NCBI GenBank assembly: GCA_017411945.1
Contig: JAFQPD010000064.1
Coordinates: 1 to 38,949 of the forward strand
Direction: 5' to 3'
Length of the DNA stretch: 38,949 nucleotides
From: Mailhella sp.
GTDB lineage: Bacteria; Desulfobacterota; Desulfovibrionia; Desulfovibrionales; Desulfovibrionaceae
Shown: positions 18,540 to 27,329 of the stretch, one piece after another
How the letters are laid out: each line of letters starts with the position of its first letter
Position numbering within the stretch: the first letter of the stretch is position 1
Notes under the pieces: model-generated
Told to the model about the DNA's origin: nothing
Database searches by the model: none
What the model saw: the letters and a program-made list of their open reading frames with translations, nothing else
Program-made: the position numbers and the translations under genes

Positions 18540-18889
18540 GGCGTGCTCTCCGTACCTTTTTCAGGTCTGGCATCCAGCCGCTTCTTGTCGAAAAGATAGA
18601 GGATCTCGTTTTCCCGCACATAGTTGAGGCGCTGGCGTATCACCTTTTCCACATAGTCCGGGTCGGTCTTCAGGAGGCGTATCTCCCGGCTGAGGGCGGC
18701 GCGCTTCTCGTTGAGGGCGCACAGCTCCTGCGAGACTTCGCTGTGCTTTTCCTTGAGTGCGTACCACGAGTGGATGCTGCCGGAGCCCCACATGAGACGG
18801 CTGAAGAGAGCCGCGTTGAGCAGGAGGAGCAGAACGAGGAAAAGCATTTTGCCGAGGGCGGCAGGAGCGAAGGGCAGCTTGCGGGCCAT
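18536..18889 (-). CDS. ftsB: FtsB/DivIC septum formation initiator family protein
   Basis: Single TM, G.GS..W, coiled coil, then L..EI..LK.DPDYVEKVIR..L.YV..NE. Confidence 0.82.
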   Translation of the reverse strand: MARKLPFAPAALGKMLFLVLLLLLNAALFSRLMWGSGSIHSWYALKEKHSEVSQELCALNEKRAALSREIRLLKTDPDYVEKVIRQRLNYVRENEILYLFDKKRLDARPEKGTESTP

Positions 18890-18905
18890 GGTGTCTCGCT
18901 GGGGA

Positions 18906-19496
18906 TCAGAGGGCGCCCTTCACGCTGGCGCGCCATTCGCGGTAGAACTGGTAGAAGTAGTTGCAGCCGGAGAAAATGGTGAGCACGAGGGCGATGTAGA
19001 GGATGAGCGTACCCAGAGTATGCATGGGGATGCCCATGAAGTCGTAGTGGATGAGCAGGGGCACCATGGCGATGATCTGGAAGGTGGTCTTCCATTTGCC
19101 GTACCAGTCGGCGGCGATGACCACGCCCTTGTCGGCGGCCACGGCGCGCAGGCCGGTGACGGCCAGCTCGCGGATGATGATAATATTGACGATCCAAGCG
19201 GGGACCCAGCCGAGGCCCACCATTTCAACGAGGATGGCGCAGATGAGGAGCTTGTCGGCCAGAGGGTCGAGGAACTTGCCGAAGTTCGTGACCTGCTGTT
19301 CCTTGCGGGCGATGTAGCCGTCCACGAAGTCGCTGATGGCGGCGAGAACGAACAGGAACATGGCGATCCAGCAGGTGTAGATGTTGGGATAGTGGATGAG
19401 GATGAGGATCGGGATGATGGCGCCGCAGCGCATGAGGGTGATACGGTTGGCCCAGCCCATCTTGGCGAAGATCTGCCTCATATCCGTGAGAAACAT
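18906..19496 (-). CDS. pgsA: CDP-diacylglycerol--glycerol-3-phosphate 3-phosphatidyltransferase
   Basis: ANRIT..R, DFVDGYIAR..T.FGKFLDPLADKLL, RELAVTGLR and GKWKT. AGGAG RBS before ATG 19496. Confidence 0.95.
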   Translation of the reverse strand: MFLTDMRQIFAKMGWANRITLMRCGAIIPILILIHYPNIYTCWIAMFLFVLAAISDFVDGYIARKEQQVTNFGKFLDPLADKLLICAILVEMVGLGWVPAWIVNIIIIRELAVTGLRAVAADKGVVIAADWYGKWKTTFQIIAMVPLLIHYDFMGIPMHTLGTLILYIALVLTIFSGCNYFYQFYREWRASVKGAL

Positions 19497-19836
19497 AAAA
19501 AAACTCCTGCTGTGGGACATTATGCTTTCGCCTTATCACAAAGCAGGTAGGCGCGGCAAGGCGAAACGGGCGGACAGGAAGGAAAAAAAGCCGTGGCATC
19601 AAAGAATCCCGAGGGATTGTCCGTCTGGCGGGTGCGGCGGCGGATGGATGCGCCCGCAAGGATTTGCAAGGTAAATGTGCCGGGCCGGTCCTTGACATGT
19701 GGGCCGAGTATGCGAAAACATCACAAGGACCGTGACGCCCTGCGGGGGCTGAGCTTCGCTCCGGCCTCCTGCCCTTTTTCTCCTCATTTTTCGTGCGTCC
19801 GGCCATGACCGGGCCAGTGCCCAGACAAGGAAAAAA

Positions 19837-21198
19837 ATGTTCAAGAGAAAGCCTTCGTTCCGCTCTTCCGGGAAGCGTTCATCCGGCCTTTCCGTCGTAG
19901 CCCTTCTTCTCATCCTCGGCGCCGCCGGCGCCGGGGCATGGCTGCTCATGCGCGACCTGAGCGGCCCCGTGATGAGCCTTGCGCCCGAAACTGCCCGCGT
20001 AGGCCTTGCCCAGCCCCTGGAAGTGGCCGTGAGCGACAAGTCCGGCGTGCAGAGCGTTACCGTCTCCGTGAAGCGCGGCTCCCAGTCCATGGTGGTGAAG
20101 CAGGAAACGTACGCTGTGCCGGAGCAGAGCCGCAGGATAGTCTTCGACCTCAAGGACACCCGCCTTCCTGAAGGTGCCTTCGAACTTGAGGTGCGTGCCG
20201 TGGACGCATCCTATGCCGGATTCGGCAGGGGCAACTCCGCCACGTTCACCAAGCCTATGGTGCTGGACTCCAAGCCGCCCCGCATCGCAGTGAAGACCGT
20301 TCCGCCCGCCATCCACAGGGGCGGCGCGGCCATCATCGTCTATACGCTTTCCGAAGACGTGCAGAAGACCGGCGTACAGGTGGGCGACCTTTTCTTCCCC
20401 GGCTATAAGCAGGAGAACGGCGGCTACGCCTGCCTTTTCGCTTTCCCCATCACGATGCGTACGGACGGCTATCATCCTGAGATAATGGCTCAGGACATGG
20501 CCGGCAACGTGACCTCCAGCCGCCTGCTGGTGCGCGCCCTGAACAAGAATTATCGCGCCGATACGCTGAACATCCCGGAATCCTTCCTCAACTACAAGGC
20601 CAACGAGCTGGCTCAGCTCTGCCCTGAGAAGGACACCCCGCTGGAGCAGTACCTCTGCTCCAACAACAAGGTGCGAGCCGCCAACGATGCCAAGCTCCTC
20701 GAACTGGCCGCCGATCCGGGCAACGTGACGCCCCGCTTCGTCTGGGAAGGGCCTTTCCGCCGCCTGCCCCGTTCTGCGGTGAAGGCCAATTTCGGCGACC
20801 ACCGCACCTATGTGGACGGGCATCGCACCAAAATAGACGAGCAGACCCATATGGGGCTCGACCTCGCCTCCGTGGCACAGGCCCCCATCCCTGCTTCCGC
20901 AGCAGGCCGCGTCATCTGGGCCGACTACCTCGGCATACACGGCCATATGGTGCTCATCGACCATGGCCTCGGCCTCATGACCCAGTACTCGCACCTCACC
21001 GACTACAAGGTGAACGTGGGCGACGTGGTGAAGGCTGGCGACATCGTGGGCACCACGGGCGTGAGCGGCCTTGCCGGCGGCGACCATCTGCACTTCGGGG
21101 TGCTTGTGGGCGGCGTGCCCGTACAGCCTCTCGAATGGCTGGACAGCTCATGGGTGAAGAACAACATCACGAGCCGCCTCAAGACCAACGTAAAATAA
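19837..21198 (+). CDS. M23-family metallopeptidase with N-terminal membrane anchor and Ig-like domains
   Basis: HMGLD (HxxxD), IDHGLGL.TQYSHL and GDHLHFG zinc motifs; N-terminal TM. Confidence 0.92.
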   Translation: MFKRKPSFRSSGKRSSGLSVVALLLILGAAGAGAWLLMRDLSGPVMSLAPETARVGLAQPLEVAVSDKSGVQSVTVSVKRGSQSMVVKQETYAVPEQSRRIVFDLKDTRLPEGAFELEVRAVDASYAGFGRGNSATFTKPMVLDSKPPRIAVKTVPPAIHRGGAAIIVYTLSEDVQKTGVQVGDLFFPGYKQENGGYACLFAFPITMRTDGYHPEIMAQDMAGNVTSSRLLVRALNKNYRADTLNIPESFLNYKANELAQLCPEKDTPLEQYLCSNNKVRAANDAKLLELAADPGNVTPRFVWEGPFRRLPRSAVKANFGDHRTYVDGHRTKIDEQTHMGLDLASVAQAPIPASAAGRVIWADYLGIHGHMVLIDHGLGLMTQYSHLTDYKVNVGDVVKAGDIVGTTGVSGLAGGDHLHFGVLVGGVPVQPLEWLDSSWVKNNITSRLKTNVK

Positions 21199-21217
21199 TT
21201 TTCGAGCCTTATGAACG

Positions 21218-21254
21218 GAGCGCCGGGCGGCAGACGTCCGGCTCTTTCGTTTTC
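21218..21254 (+). terminator. Terminator-like hairpin after the M23 peptidase
   Basis: GCCGGGCG-GCAGA-CGTCCGGC followed by a T-rich run. Confidence 0.55.
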
Positions 21255-21278
21255 TTTGTTTTCTAAGGAGAGAGTGCC

Positions 21279-24200
21279 ATGCCTCATAAAGGGCCCCATA
21301 TTTCCATCTCGGCCGAGTATGTGGTCAACCGCATCCTGCGCATCAACCTCGATGAGTTCGAACGCTGGCCGCAGAGCGTGCGCCAGCTTGCCATCGAACT
21401 TGCCGAGGAGCTGTTCCTCGTGGCCTACAATCCTTTCATCTCCGCTTCTGCGGTGAGGAAGAGCGTGAACGAACGCTACCAGAGCGAATCGCAGTCTCTG
21501 GCGCATCAGTACGCCACGGCCATAAGCGAAGGCATCACCATGTTCTGGAGCGCGCATGAGGCTGAACTCGCCTTCTGCAAGGAACTGGAGGCCCGCCTTT
21601 CTGCCATTATGCCCGACAGCTGCATCATGCGCCGCCGCGGCGCGCTGGTGGCTTCCTCCACCGATGCGACAGACCTTCGCATGGAGCTTCCTCTCCTCGT
21701 GGTCGAGCCTGATACCCCGGAGCAGATGAGCGCGCTCGTGCGCCTCGCCAACGAGATGAAGTTCGCTCTCATCCCCCGGGGCGGAGCCTCCGGCCTCACC
21801 GGCGGAACTGTGCCCGCCCGCAAGCGCACTGTGGTGGTGAGCACCACGCGCCTCACGGCCAAGTCCGTTGACGTGGAAGCGAAGACCATGACCTGCCAGG
21901 CCGGCGTCATCACGCAGGACGCCATCGACTTCGCGGCCTCCAAGGGCCTGCTCTTCACTGTCGACCCGGCTTCCAAGACGGCGTCCACCATCGGCGGCAA
22001 CGTGGCCGAGAATTCCGGCGGCCCGTTCTGCTTCGAGTATGGCACCACCATAGACAACCTGCTCTCGTGGAGCATGGTCACGCCCACGGGCGAGATCATC
22101 CGCATCGAGCGCGTCGATCATCCCCGCCATAAGATCATGCCCGGCGAAACGGCCGTCTTCGAAGTGAAGGACCTTTCCGGCGGCATGCGCAATGTGGTGC
22201 GCCTCAAGGGCGGCGACGTGCGTCAGGACGGCCTCGGCAAGGACGTGACCAATAAGCTGCTCGACGGCCTGCCCGGCATGCAGAAGGAAGGCATAGACGG
22301 CATCATCACCGAAGCTACGTTCATCCTGCATTCCATGCCGTCCAAGTCCCGCGTCATGGTGCTGGAATTCTACGGGAAGTCCATGGTCCCTGCCGCCGAG
22401 CTGGTACGCAAGATAGTGGAACTGCGCGACCGCATCCGCGAACAGGGCGGCGACGTGCGCGTTTCGGCCCTTGAGGAGTTCAACTCCAAGTATGTGCAGG
22501 CCATCAATTACAAGGCCAAGTCCGACCAGCATGAGGGAAGCCCCATCTCCGTCATCATCGTTCAGGTTGACGGCAACGATTCCTTCCTGCTCGACGATAC
22601 GGTGAAGGCCATTGCCGACCTCGCCAGGGAAGACCGCTATGTCTACGCGGCCATAGCCAGAGACAAGAAGGAAGCCGCCGAGTTCTGGGAAGACCGCCAC
22701 CGCCTTTCCGCCATAGCCAAGCGCACTTCCGGCTTCAAGATCAACGAGGACGTGGTCCTTCCCATGGCCCTCATCCCCGAATTCGCCCGCTACCTCGAAG
22801 TTCTCAACGTGGTGGCGGCTGGCGATGCCTACCGTTTCGCCTTGCAGGACCTCCTGCGCCTTCAGGGCTTCCCCATGGACGATGACGAATTCAACGCGGA
22901 GTTCGCCTTCGCTTCCCGCGTGGCCGGTTCCGATGAGTCGAACATAGACCCTGAACTCACCGACGACGCTGTGACGGAGCGTGCCGAGAGCTGGCTGGCA
23001 GCCCAGAAGGAACGCTTCCCCCGCCTTGCTTCGCGTATCGAGGCTATCCTCGAATATATGCGGAGCAGCCGTATCATCGTGGCCAGCCACATGCATGCCG
23101 GCGACGGCAACTGCCATGTGAACATTCCTGTGAACTCCAACGATCCCCGCATGATAGAGCATGCCGAGGATGTGGCTATGCAGGTCATGGCCAAAACGCA
23201 GGAGCTTGGCGGCGCGGTTTCCGGCGAGCATGGCATAGGCATCACCAAGATCACGTTCCTCGATCAGAAGCAGATGGAGGAACTGCGCGAATTCAAGATG
23301 CGCGTGGACCCGCGCGATCTGCTGAACCCCGGCAAGCTGGTCACGCGCAAGCTCCCCGTGCGGCCCTTCACCTTTTCTTTCAACCGCCTTATCGCGGATA
23401 TCCGCGAATCCGGCCTGCCGGACAAGGAATGCCTCATACGCCTGCTCGAACAGGTGCAGGTATGCACTCGCTGCGGCAAGTGCAAGCAGGTATGCCCCAT
23501 GGTCTATCCGGAGCGTTCCTTCCAGTACAACCCGCGCAATAAGAACATGATACTCGGTGCGCTCATCGAGGCCATCTACTACTCTCAGGTCACCAGCGGG
23601 AAGCCCGATCCTGATCTGCTGGTCGAACTGCGCCACCTGCTGGAACACTGCACCGGATGCGGCCGCTGTGCTTCCGTCTGCCCTGTGAAGATCGAGTCTT
23701 CCGAAGTCGCCCTCAGTTCTCTGGCCTATGTGAAGCGCGAAGGCGAGGGCGGCCACCCGCTCAAGTCTCAGGTCATCAACGTGCTTTCCGCCGATCCGGC
23801 GAAGCGCGTGCCCAAGTTCGCCAAGATGGCGGCTCTCGGCCAGAACGTGATGAACTCCTTCCTGCCGCTGGTGCCTAAGATGTGGCGTCAGCGCATGGAA
23901 AGCCCGCTCTTCTCGCACCGCGGCCCGGCCCTCGGCATGGTGAGCGTGTACGAGAGCCTGCACATGGACAGGAACGCCCCGGCGCATCTCTTCCTTCCGG
24001 CGGCGGCTGGAGTGGATGCCAAGGACGTGCTCGAGAAGCGCGTGCCTGCAGTGCTCTACTTCCCCGGCTGCGGCGGCTCCGTGTTCTACCGCCGCATCGC
24101 GCAGTCCACGCTGGCCCTGCTCATGCATGCCGGGGTGCCTGTGGTCATGCCCGGCCGCCATCTCTGCTGCGGCTATCCCGTGCTGGCCTCCGGCGATGCC

Positions 24201-24956
24201 GACCGCTACGAAAGCAATCTCCAGCTGAACCGGGAAGTCATCGCCAAGGCCCTTCAGACCGCCGCTGAAGCGGGCTTCGACGTGAACATGCTGGTCACGG
24301 CCTGCGGCTCCTGTCGAGAGTCCCTCATGCGGCATGGCCTGACGGACCTGAACGGCAACGTCCTGCCGCATAACGACATAGTCCAGCTCCTTGTGGACCG
24401 CCTGCCGCTCATCGAAGAGCTTCCGGGCGAGGATGCCGAACGCATCATCTATCACTCCTCCTGCCATCCGGCATGGTCCGGCGTGAAAGCCACCAAGGAT
24501 GCTGGCAAGGTCGCTCGTGCGCTGGAACGTCTCACCGGTTCTTCCATCATGCTGAATCCCGGCTGCTGCGGCGAATCTGGAGCTGGCGCGTACACCTGCC
24601 CCTCCATCTACAATACGCTTCGCGAGCGCAAGCGCGGCAACCTTCAGGCCGCGCTTGCCGGCTACGAGGCGGATTCCCCCATCCTTGTGGGCTGTCCGTC
24701 CTGCAAGATAGGCATAGCCCGCACGCTTATGACCATGGATGCCGCCAATCCGGCCCGCGGCAAGGGGCAGGAAGTGGAGCAGAAGCAGGGCGAACAGCCC
24801 GTCATCGATACGCATCGCCCCGTCCTGCACAACTCCGAGTGGCTGGCCCGTAAGCTTCTGGGCAGGAACTGGCTGAACGACCTCAAGGCCGCAGGTGCGC
24901 GAGATGCCAAGGGCGATCCCGCCGTGCGCACCGTCGTCATGAAGAAGCCGGACTGA
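21279..24956 (+). CDS. FAD-linked oxidoreductase with 4Fe-4S and CCG domains (fused GlcD/GlcF-like, 2-hydroxyacid dehydrogenase family)
   Basis: PRGGASGLTGG, DPAS..TIGGNVAENSGG, HAGDGNCHVN, SGEHGIG; two CxxCxxCxxxCP motifs; YFPGC, LCCG, TACGSC and GCCG..GCPSC. Substrate not determinable from sequence. Confidence 0.9.
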   Translation: MPHKGPHISISAEYVVNRILRINLDEFERWPQSVRQLAIELAEELFLVAYNPFISASAVRKSVNERYQSESQSLAHQYATAISEGITMFWSAHEAELAFCKELEARLSAIMPDSCIMRRRGALVASSTDATDLRMELPLLVVEPDTPEQMSALVRLANEMKFALIPRGGASGLTGGTVPARKRTVVVSTTRLTAKSVDVEAKTMTCQAGVITQDAIDFAASKGLLFTVDPASKTASTIGGNVAENSGGPFCFEYGTTIDNLLSWSMVTPTGEIIRIERVDHPRHKIMPGETAVFEVKDLSGGMRNVVRLKGGDVRQDGLGKDVTNKLLDGLPGMQKEGIDGIITEATFILHSMPSKSRVMVLEFYGKSMVPAAELVRKIVELRDRIREQGGDVRVSALEEFNSKYVQAINYKAKSDQHEGSPISVIIVQVDGNDSFLLDDTVKAIADLAREDRYVYAAIARDKKEAAEFWEDRHRLSAIAKRTSGFKINEDVVLPMALIPEFARYLEVLNVVAAGDAYRFALQDLLRLQGFPMDDDEFNAEFAFASRVAGSDESNIDPELTDDAVTERAESWLAAQKERFPRLASRIEAILEYMRSSRIIVASHMHAGDGNCHVNIPVNSNDPRMIEHAEDVAMQVMAKTQELGGAVSGEHGIGITKITFLDQKQMEELREFKMRVDPRDLLNPGKLVTRKLPVRPFTFSFNRLIADIRESGLPDKECLIRLLEQVQVCTRCGKCKQVCPMVYPERSFQYNPRNKNMILGALIEAIYYSQVTSGKPDPDLLVELRHLLEHCTGCGRCASVCPVKIESSEVALSSLAYVKREGEGGHPLKSQVINVLSADPAKRVPKFAKMAALGQNVMNSFLPLVPKMWRQRMESPLFSHRGPALGMVSVYESLHMDRNAPAHLFLPAAAGVDAKDVLEKRVPAVLYFPGCGGSVFYRRIAQSTLALLMHAGVPVVMPGRHLCCGYPVLASGDADRYESNLQLNREVIAKALQTAAEAGFDVNMLVTACGSCRESLMRHGLTDLNGNVLPHNDIVQLLVDRLPLIEELPGEDAERIIYHSSCHPAWSGVKATKDAGKVARALERLTGSSIMLNPGCCGESGAGAYTCPSIYNTLRERKRGNLQAALAGYEADSPILVGCPSCKIGIARTLMTMDAANPARGKGQEVEQKQGEQPVIDTHRPVLHNSEWLARKLLGRNWLNDLKAAGARDAKGDPAVRTVVMKKPD

Positions 24957-25027
24957 GCCTTCATACTCATTGACCGCTAAGGACAGACCTTTCAGGGTCA
25001 TGGCACAACCTTTCAAGGAGCAGTGCT

Positions 25028-25477
25028 ATGACCCTGAAATTTTTTAAGTCGGCCGTTCCCGTTCTTGTGCTGGTTCTGATGGCGGGCGTGACAGGCTGCC
25101 GCCATGAGCAGTCTGTGCCTCAGGCCTCTTCGCTGGAGACTGCGGAGAATACGCCCATGGCGTCGCTCGATGGCTTCGTGTGGCAGTCTTCCGCCCCTCA
25201 GTCCAAGCTGGATTTCCTTCTCGGCGTGGAATGTGCCATGGCCATGGAAGCCGCTATCAAACAGGTGGCCGAGGAGCGCGGAGGCACGGTACAGCTCTCC
25301 CGCTTCGCCAACGGATGGCAGATAGCCTTCCGCGACAAGGCCCGGCCTGACATCGTGCGGCAGATAGACGAGTTCTACACGCAGAACCCGGAACAGAAGA
25401 AGCGGCATGTCTTCGATGTCATCTGGACGGAGATGGTGCGCCCTGCCGTAGAAGCCCAGCAGAAAGCCGAGAAATGA
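25028..25477 (+). CDS. Hypothetical helical lipoprotein
   Basis: AAGGAG RBS, lipobox VTGC, host-like codon usage. Confidence 0.75.
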   Translation: MTLKFFKSAVPVLVLVLMAGVTGCRHEQSVPQASSLETAENTPMASLDGFVWQSSAPQSKLDFLLGVECAMAMEAAIKQVAEERGGTVQLSRFANGWQIAFRDKARPDIVRQIDEFYTQNPEQKKRHVFDVIWTEMVRPAVEAQQKAEK

Positions 25478-25487
25478 GGAGGAAGCG

Positions 25488-25733
25488 ATGAAGCGAAGCA
25501 TGACTGCATGTGCCGCGCTGGCTCTTTGCGCGTCACTGGCCCTTGGTCCTCTGGCCTGCACGCATATGAACAAGACTCAGCAGGGGGCTCTTTCCGGCGC
25601 AGGAGCCGGTGCTCTCGTGGGGGCGGGCATCTCCGCCATAGCAGGCGGAAGCGGCACCATGGGCGCGCTTATCGGCGGAGGGCTCGGCGCGCTGGCCGGC
25701 GGCATCTACGGGCACGAGAAGGAACGCCGCTGA
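25488..25733 (+). CDS. Glycine-zipper outer-membrane lipoprotein
   Basis: Lipobox LAC; QQGALSGAGAGALVGAG..GALIGGGLGALAGG glycine zipper; GAGGAGG RBS. Confidence 0.85.
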   Translation: MKRSMTACAALALCASLALGPLACTHMNKTQQGALSGAGAGALVGAGISAIAGGSGTMGALIGGGLGALAGGIYGHEKERR

Positions 25734-25771
25734 GCTTGATGCCTTGAGTTTTTTATGCAACATTGCATCGC

Positions 25772-26173
25772 ATGGAATACGAAGTGACTTTTTCCTCTGG
25801 AATGGAAGCCCTCGGCGGAGCCTGTGCCTGTCGCCTTTTCCGACTTTCTCCTGAAAGCTCGGCGTTCATGCTGCAGAGTGCGGAGGGCGGAGGCGAACGG
25901 CTTCTGCTTGTCGATGTGCGCAGTCTGGGAGCGGGAGCTCTCCCTGTGCTTTCGGCGGAGGAGCTGACGGCTCTCGGCTGTGTTCCCGAAGGGGCGTTCT
26001 CGGATATCCCCGAAGATGTGGTCGTGCTCTGCCGCATGCGCATCCCGCACGACAGGCCTCAGGATGCAGGATTCGACCTTGGCCGACTCGTCTTCGTGAA
26101 CAGGCGCAACGGCAGGGCACTGGAGGCCATGCGGTCCGGAGCCCCGCTCGTTCCGCTGGACAAGCGACGCTGA
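25772..26173 (+). CDS. Divergent FliW-like protein
   Basis: Colinear match to the FliW pattern: VTF..G, F.LQS, LLLVD, LS.EEL..L, EDVVVL...IP, then L...FVN. Confidence 0.6.
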   Translation: MEYEVTFSSGMEALGGACACRLFRLSPESSAFMLQSAEGGGERLLLVDVRSLGAGALPVLSAEELTALGCVPEGAFSDIPEDVVVLCRMRIPHDRPQDAGFDLGRLVFVNRRNGRALEAMRSGAPLVPLDKRR

Positions 26174-26177
26174 AATG

Positions 26178-26208
26178 AAAAAGGAAGGTGATGAGCCTTC
26201 CTTTTTTT
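26178..26208. terminator. Bidirectional terminator
   Basis: AAAAAGGAAGG-TGATGAG-CCTTCCTTTTTTT between convergent genes. Confidence 0.85.
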
Positions 26209-26225
26209 GCGTCCGCGTGACTTTT

Positions 26226-26699
26226 CTAGAACAGAGGTACGTTCCACGCCGCTATGTCCTGCCGCTTCGCCAGCCAGAAGACGACGATGGTCAGGATGAG
26301 TATGGCGTATTCCCCGAAGCCGCCGGTACTGCATATCTTGAGGGAGAAGCGTTTCTCCGCGAAGGGGACGAGCGGCGTGCCGTGCGTGGTGCACATGTCT
26401 AGCAGGCAATGCGAGAAGGCTCCGAAGCCGAAGCCGTTGACGAGCGCGGCTGGCAGTGGGCCCATGAGTTCGGTGAGCGGGAAAAGCCACAGCACGAGCC
26501 ACCAGCCGAACCAGTGTGAAGCGCGCCTGTGCACCTTGTTGAATTTGCGCTGGCGGAAGAAGAGGGCTTTGCCGGCCTCGCGCTGATCGAGGATGTCCGG
26601 CACGACGGAGCCTGCCCATGCGGAGGCTATCCCTGAAAGCGGCATGCCCAGCACGAAGGAACCCATGACAGCCATGGCCTGATGCGTGACCCATTTCAT
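26226..26699 (-). CDS. Membrane-bound metal-dependent hydrolase (YdjM-like)
   Basis: M.WVTH, GS..PD.LD, HRRASHW and SHCLLD..T.G motifs. True start 26699 overlaps the yccF stop (ATGA); the longer ORF-track extension is spurious. Confidence 0.85.
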   Translation of the reverse strand: MKWVTHQAMAVMGSFVLGMPLSGIASAWAGSVVPDILDQREAGKALFFRQRKFNKVHRRASHWFGWWLVLWLFPLTELMGPLPAALVNGFGFGAFSHCLLDMCTTHGTPLVPFAEKRFSLKICSTGGFGEYAILILTIVVFWLAKRQDIAAWNVPLF

Positions 26700-27157
26700 C
26701 GGAAGTCCCGCACCCTTTCGAACTCTTCTGCCGCACGGCGGCGGCGAGCTTCGGCGGCCATCTCGCAGGGGACGACGGTCTTGCCGATGGGGAAGAGGGC
26801 GAGTTCGGCCATCTTGATGTGCTGCCATGCGAAGGGGATGCCGATTATGGTGAGGGCCTGAGCTACGGCCGTGCCGATATGGCCGAGGGCTATCCACAGT
26901 CCGGCGAAGATGAACCAGATGACGTTGCCGATGACGCCGGGCACGCCTGTGCCGATGTCCTTCCTGCCGTAGAGGACTTCGCGGGAGATGGATTCGTAGC
27001 CGAAGGGCATGAAGGCGAAGCCCGCCATGACGAAGCAGGCGCGCCCCCAGGGCAGGCCCACGATGCTGATGCAGGCCAGCGCGCCGAATGCGCACCAGAG
27101 CAGGGCGGTGAGCCAGCCTCCGCATATTATCCAGAGTATGTTGCCTATGACGTTCAT
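26696..27157 (-). CDS. yccF: YccF-family inner-membrane protein
   Basis: Two repeats of GN..W....G...A...IIG.P....F/H..A..A..P.G. GGAG RBS. Confidence 0.9.
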   Translation of the reverse strand: MNVIGNILWIICGGWLTALLWCAFGALACISIVGLPWGRACFVMAGFAFMPFGYESISREVLYGRKDIGTGVPGVIGNVIWFIFAGLWIALGHIGTAVAQALTIIGIPFAWQHIKMAELALFPIGKTVVPCEMAAEARRRRAAEEFERVRDFR

Positions 27158-27195
27158 GCTTTCTCCGCCTGAATGCTGTTTTCAGGAAAGAAATC

Positions 27196-27224
27196 AGTAT
27201 ATCTGCCGCTTCGGTCCGGCGCAA
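27196..27224 (-). promoter_or_regulatory. Sigma70 promoter for yccF-ydjM
   Basis: Minus strand TTGCGC-17 nt-TATACT. Confidence 0.6.
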
Positions 27225-27254
27225 GGGGCTTGACATTATCGGCCGGCGGAACGG

Positions 27255-27283
27255 TTGCGCAACGGGCCGCAATGGCGTATCAT
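27255..27283 (+). promoter_or_regulatory. Sigma70 promoter for asnS-trmH
   Basis: TTGCGC-17 nt-TATCAT. Confidence 0.55.
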
Positions 27284-27329
27284 CCCTGCCGTACTTTTAC
27301 CAATAATTCCTCCCTGGAGCGATTTTCTC

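Noticed and set aside
16698-18599. 633-aa plus-strand ORF and similar long shadow ORFs (27297-29369, 10028-11407, 2220-3554, 37254-38609, 15033-16319)
   Set aside because: Each lies antisense to well-supported genes and has no recognisable domain or RBS.
21003-25016. 1337-aa antisense ORF
   Set aside because: It mirrors the FAD/Fe-S oxidoreductase and has no motifs; long stop-free antisense frames are expected with high-GC codon bias.
24985-25020. Sigma54-like TGGCAC and an ACCTTTCA direct repeat before the lipoprotein gene
   Set aside because: The -12 element reads TTCA rather than TTGC and abuts the RBS, leaving no room for a transcript start.
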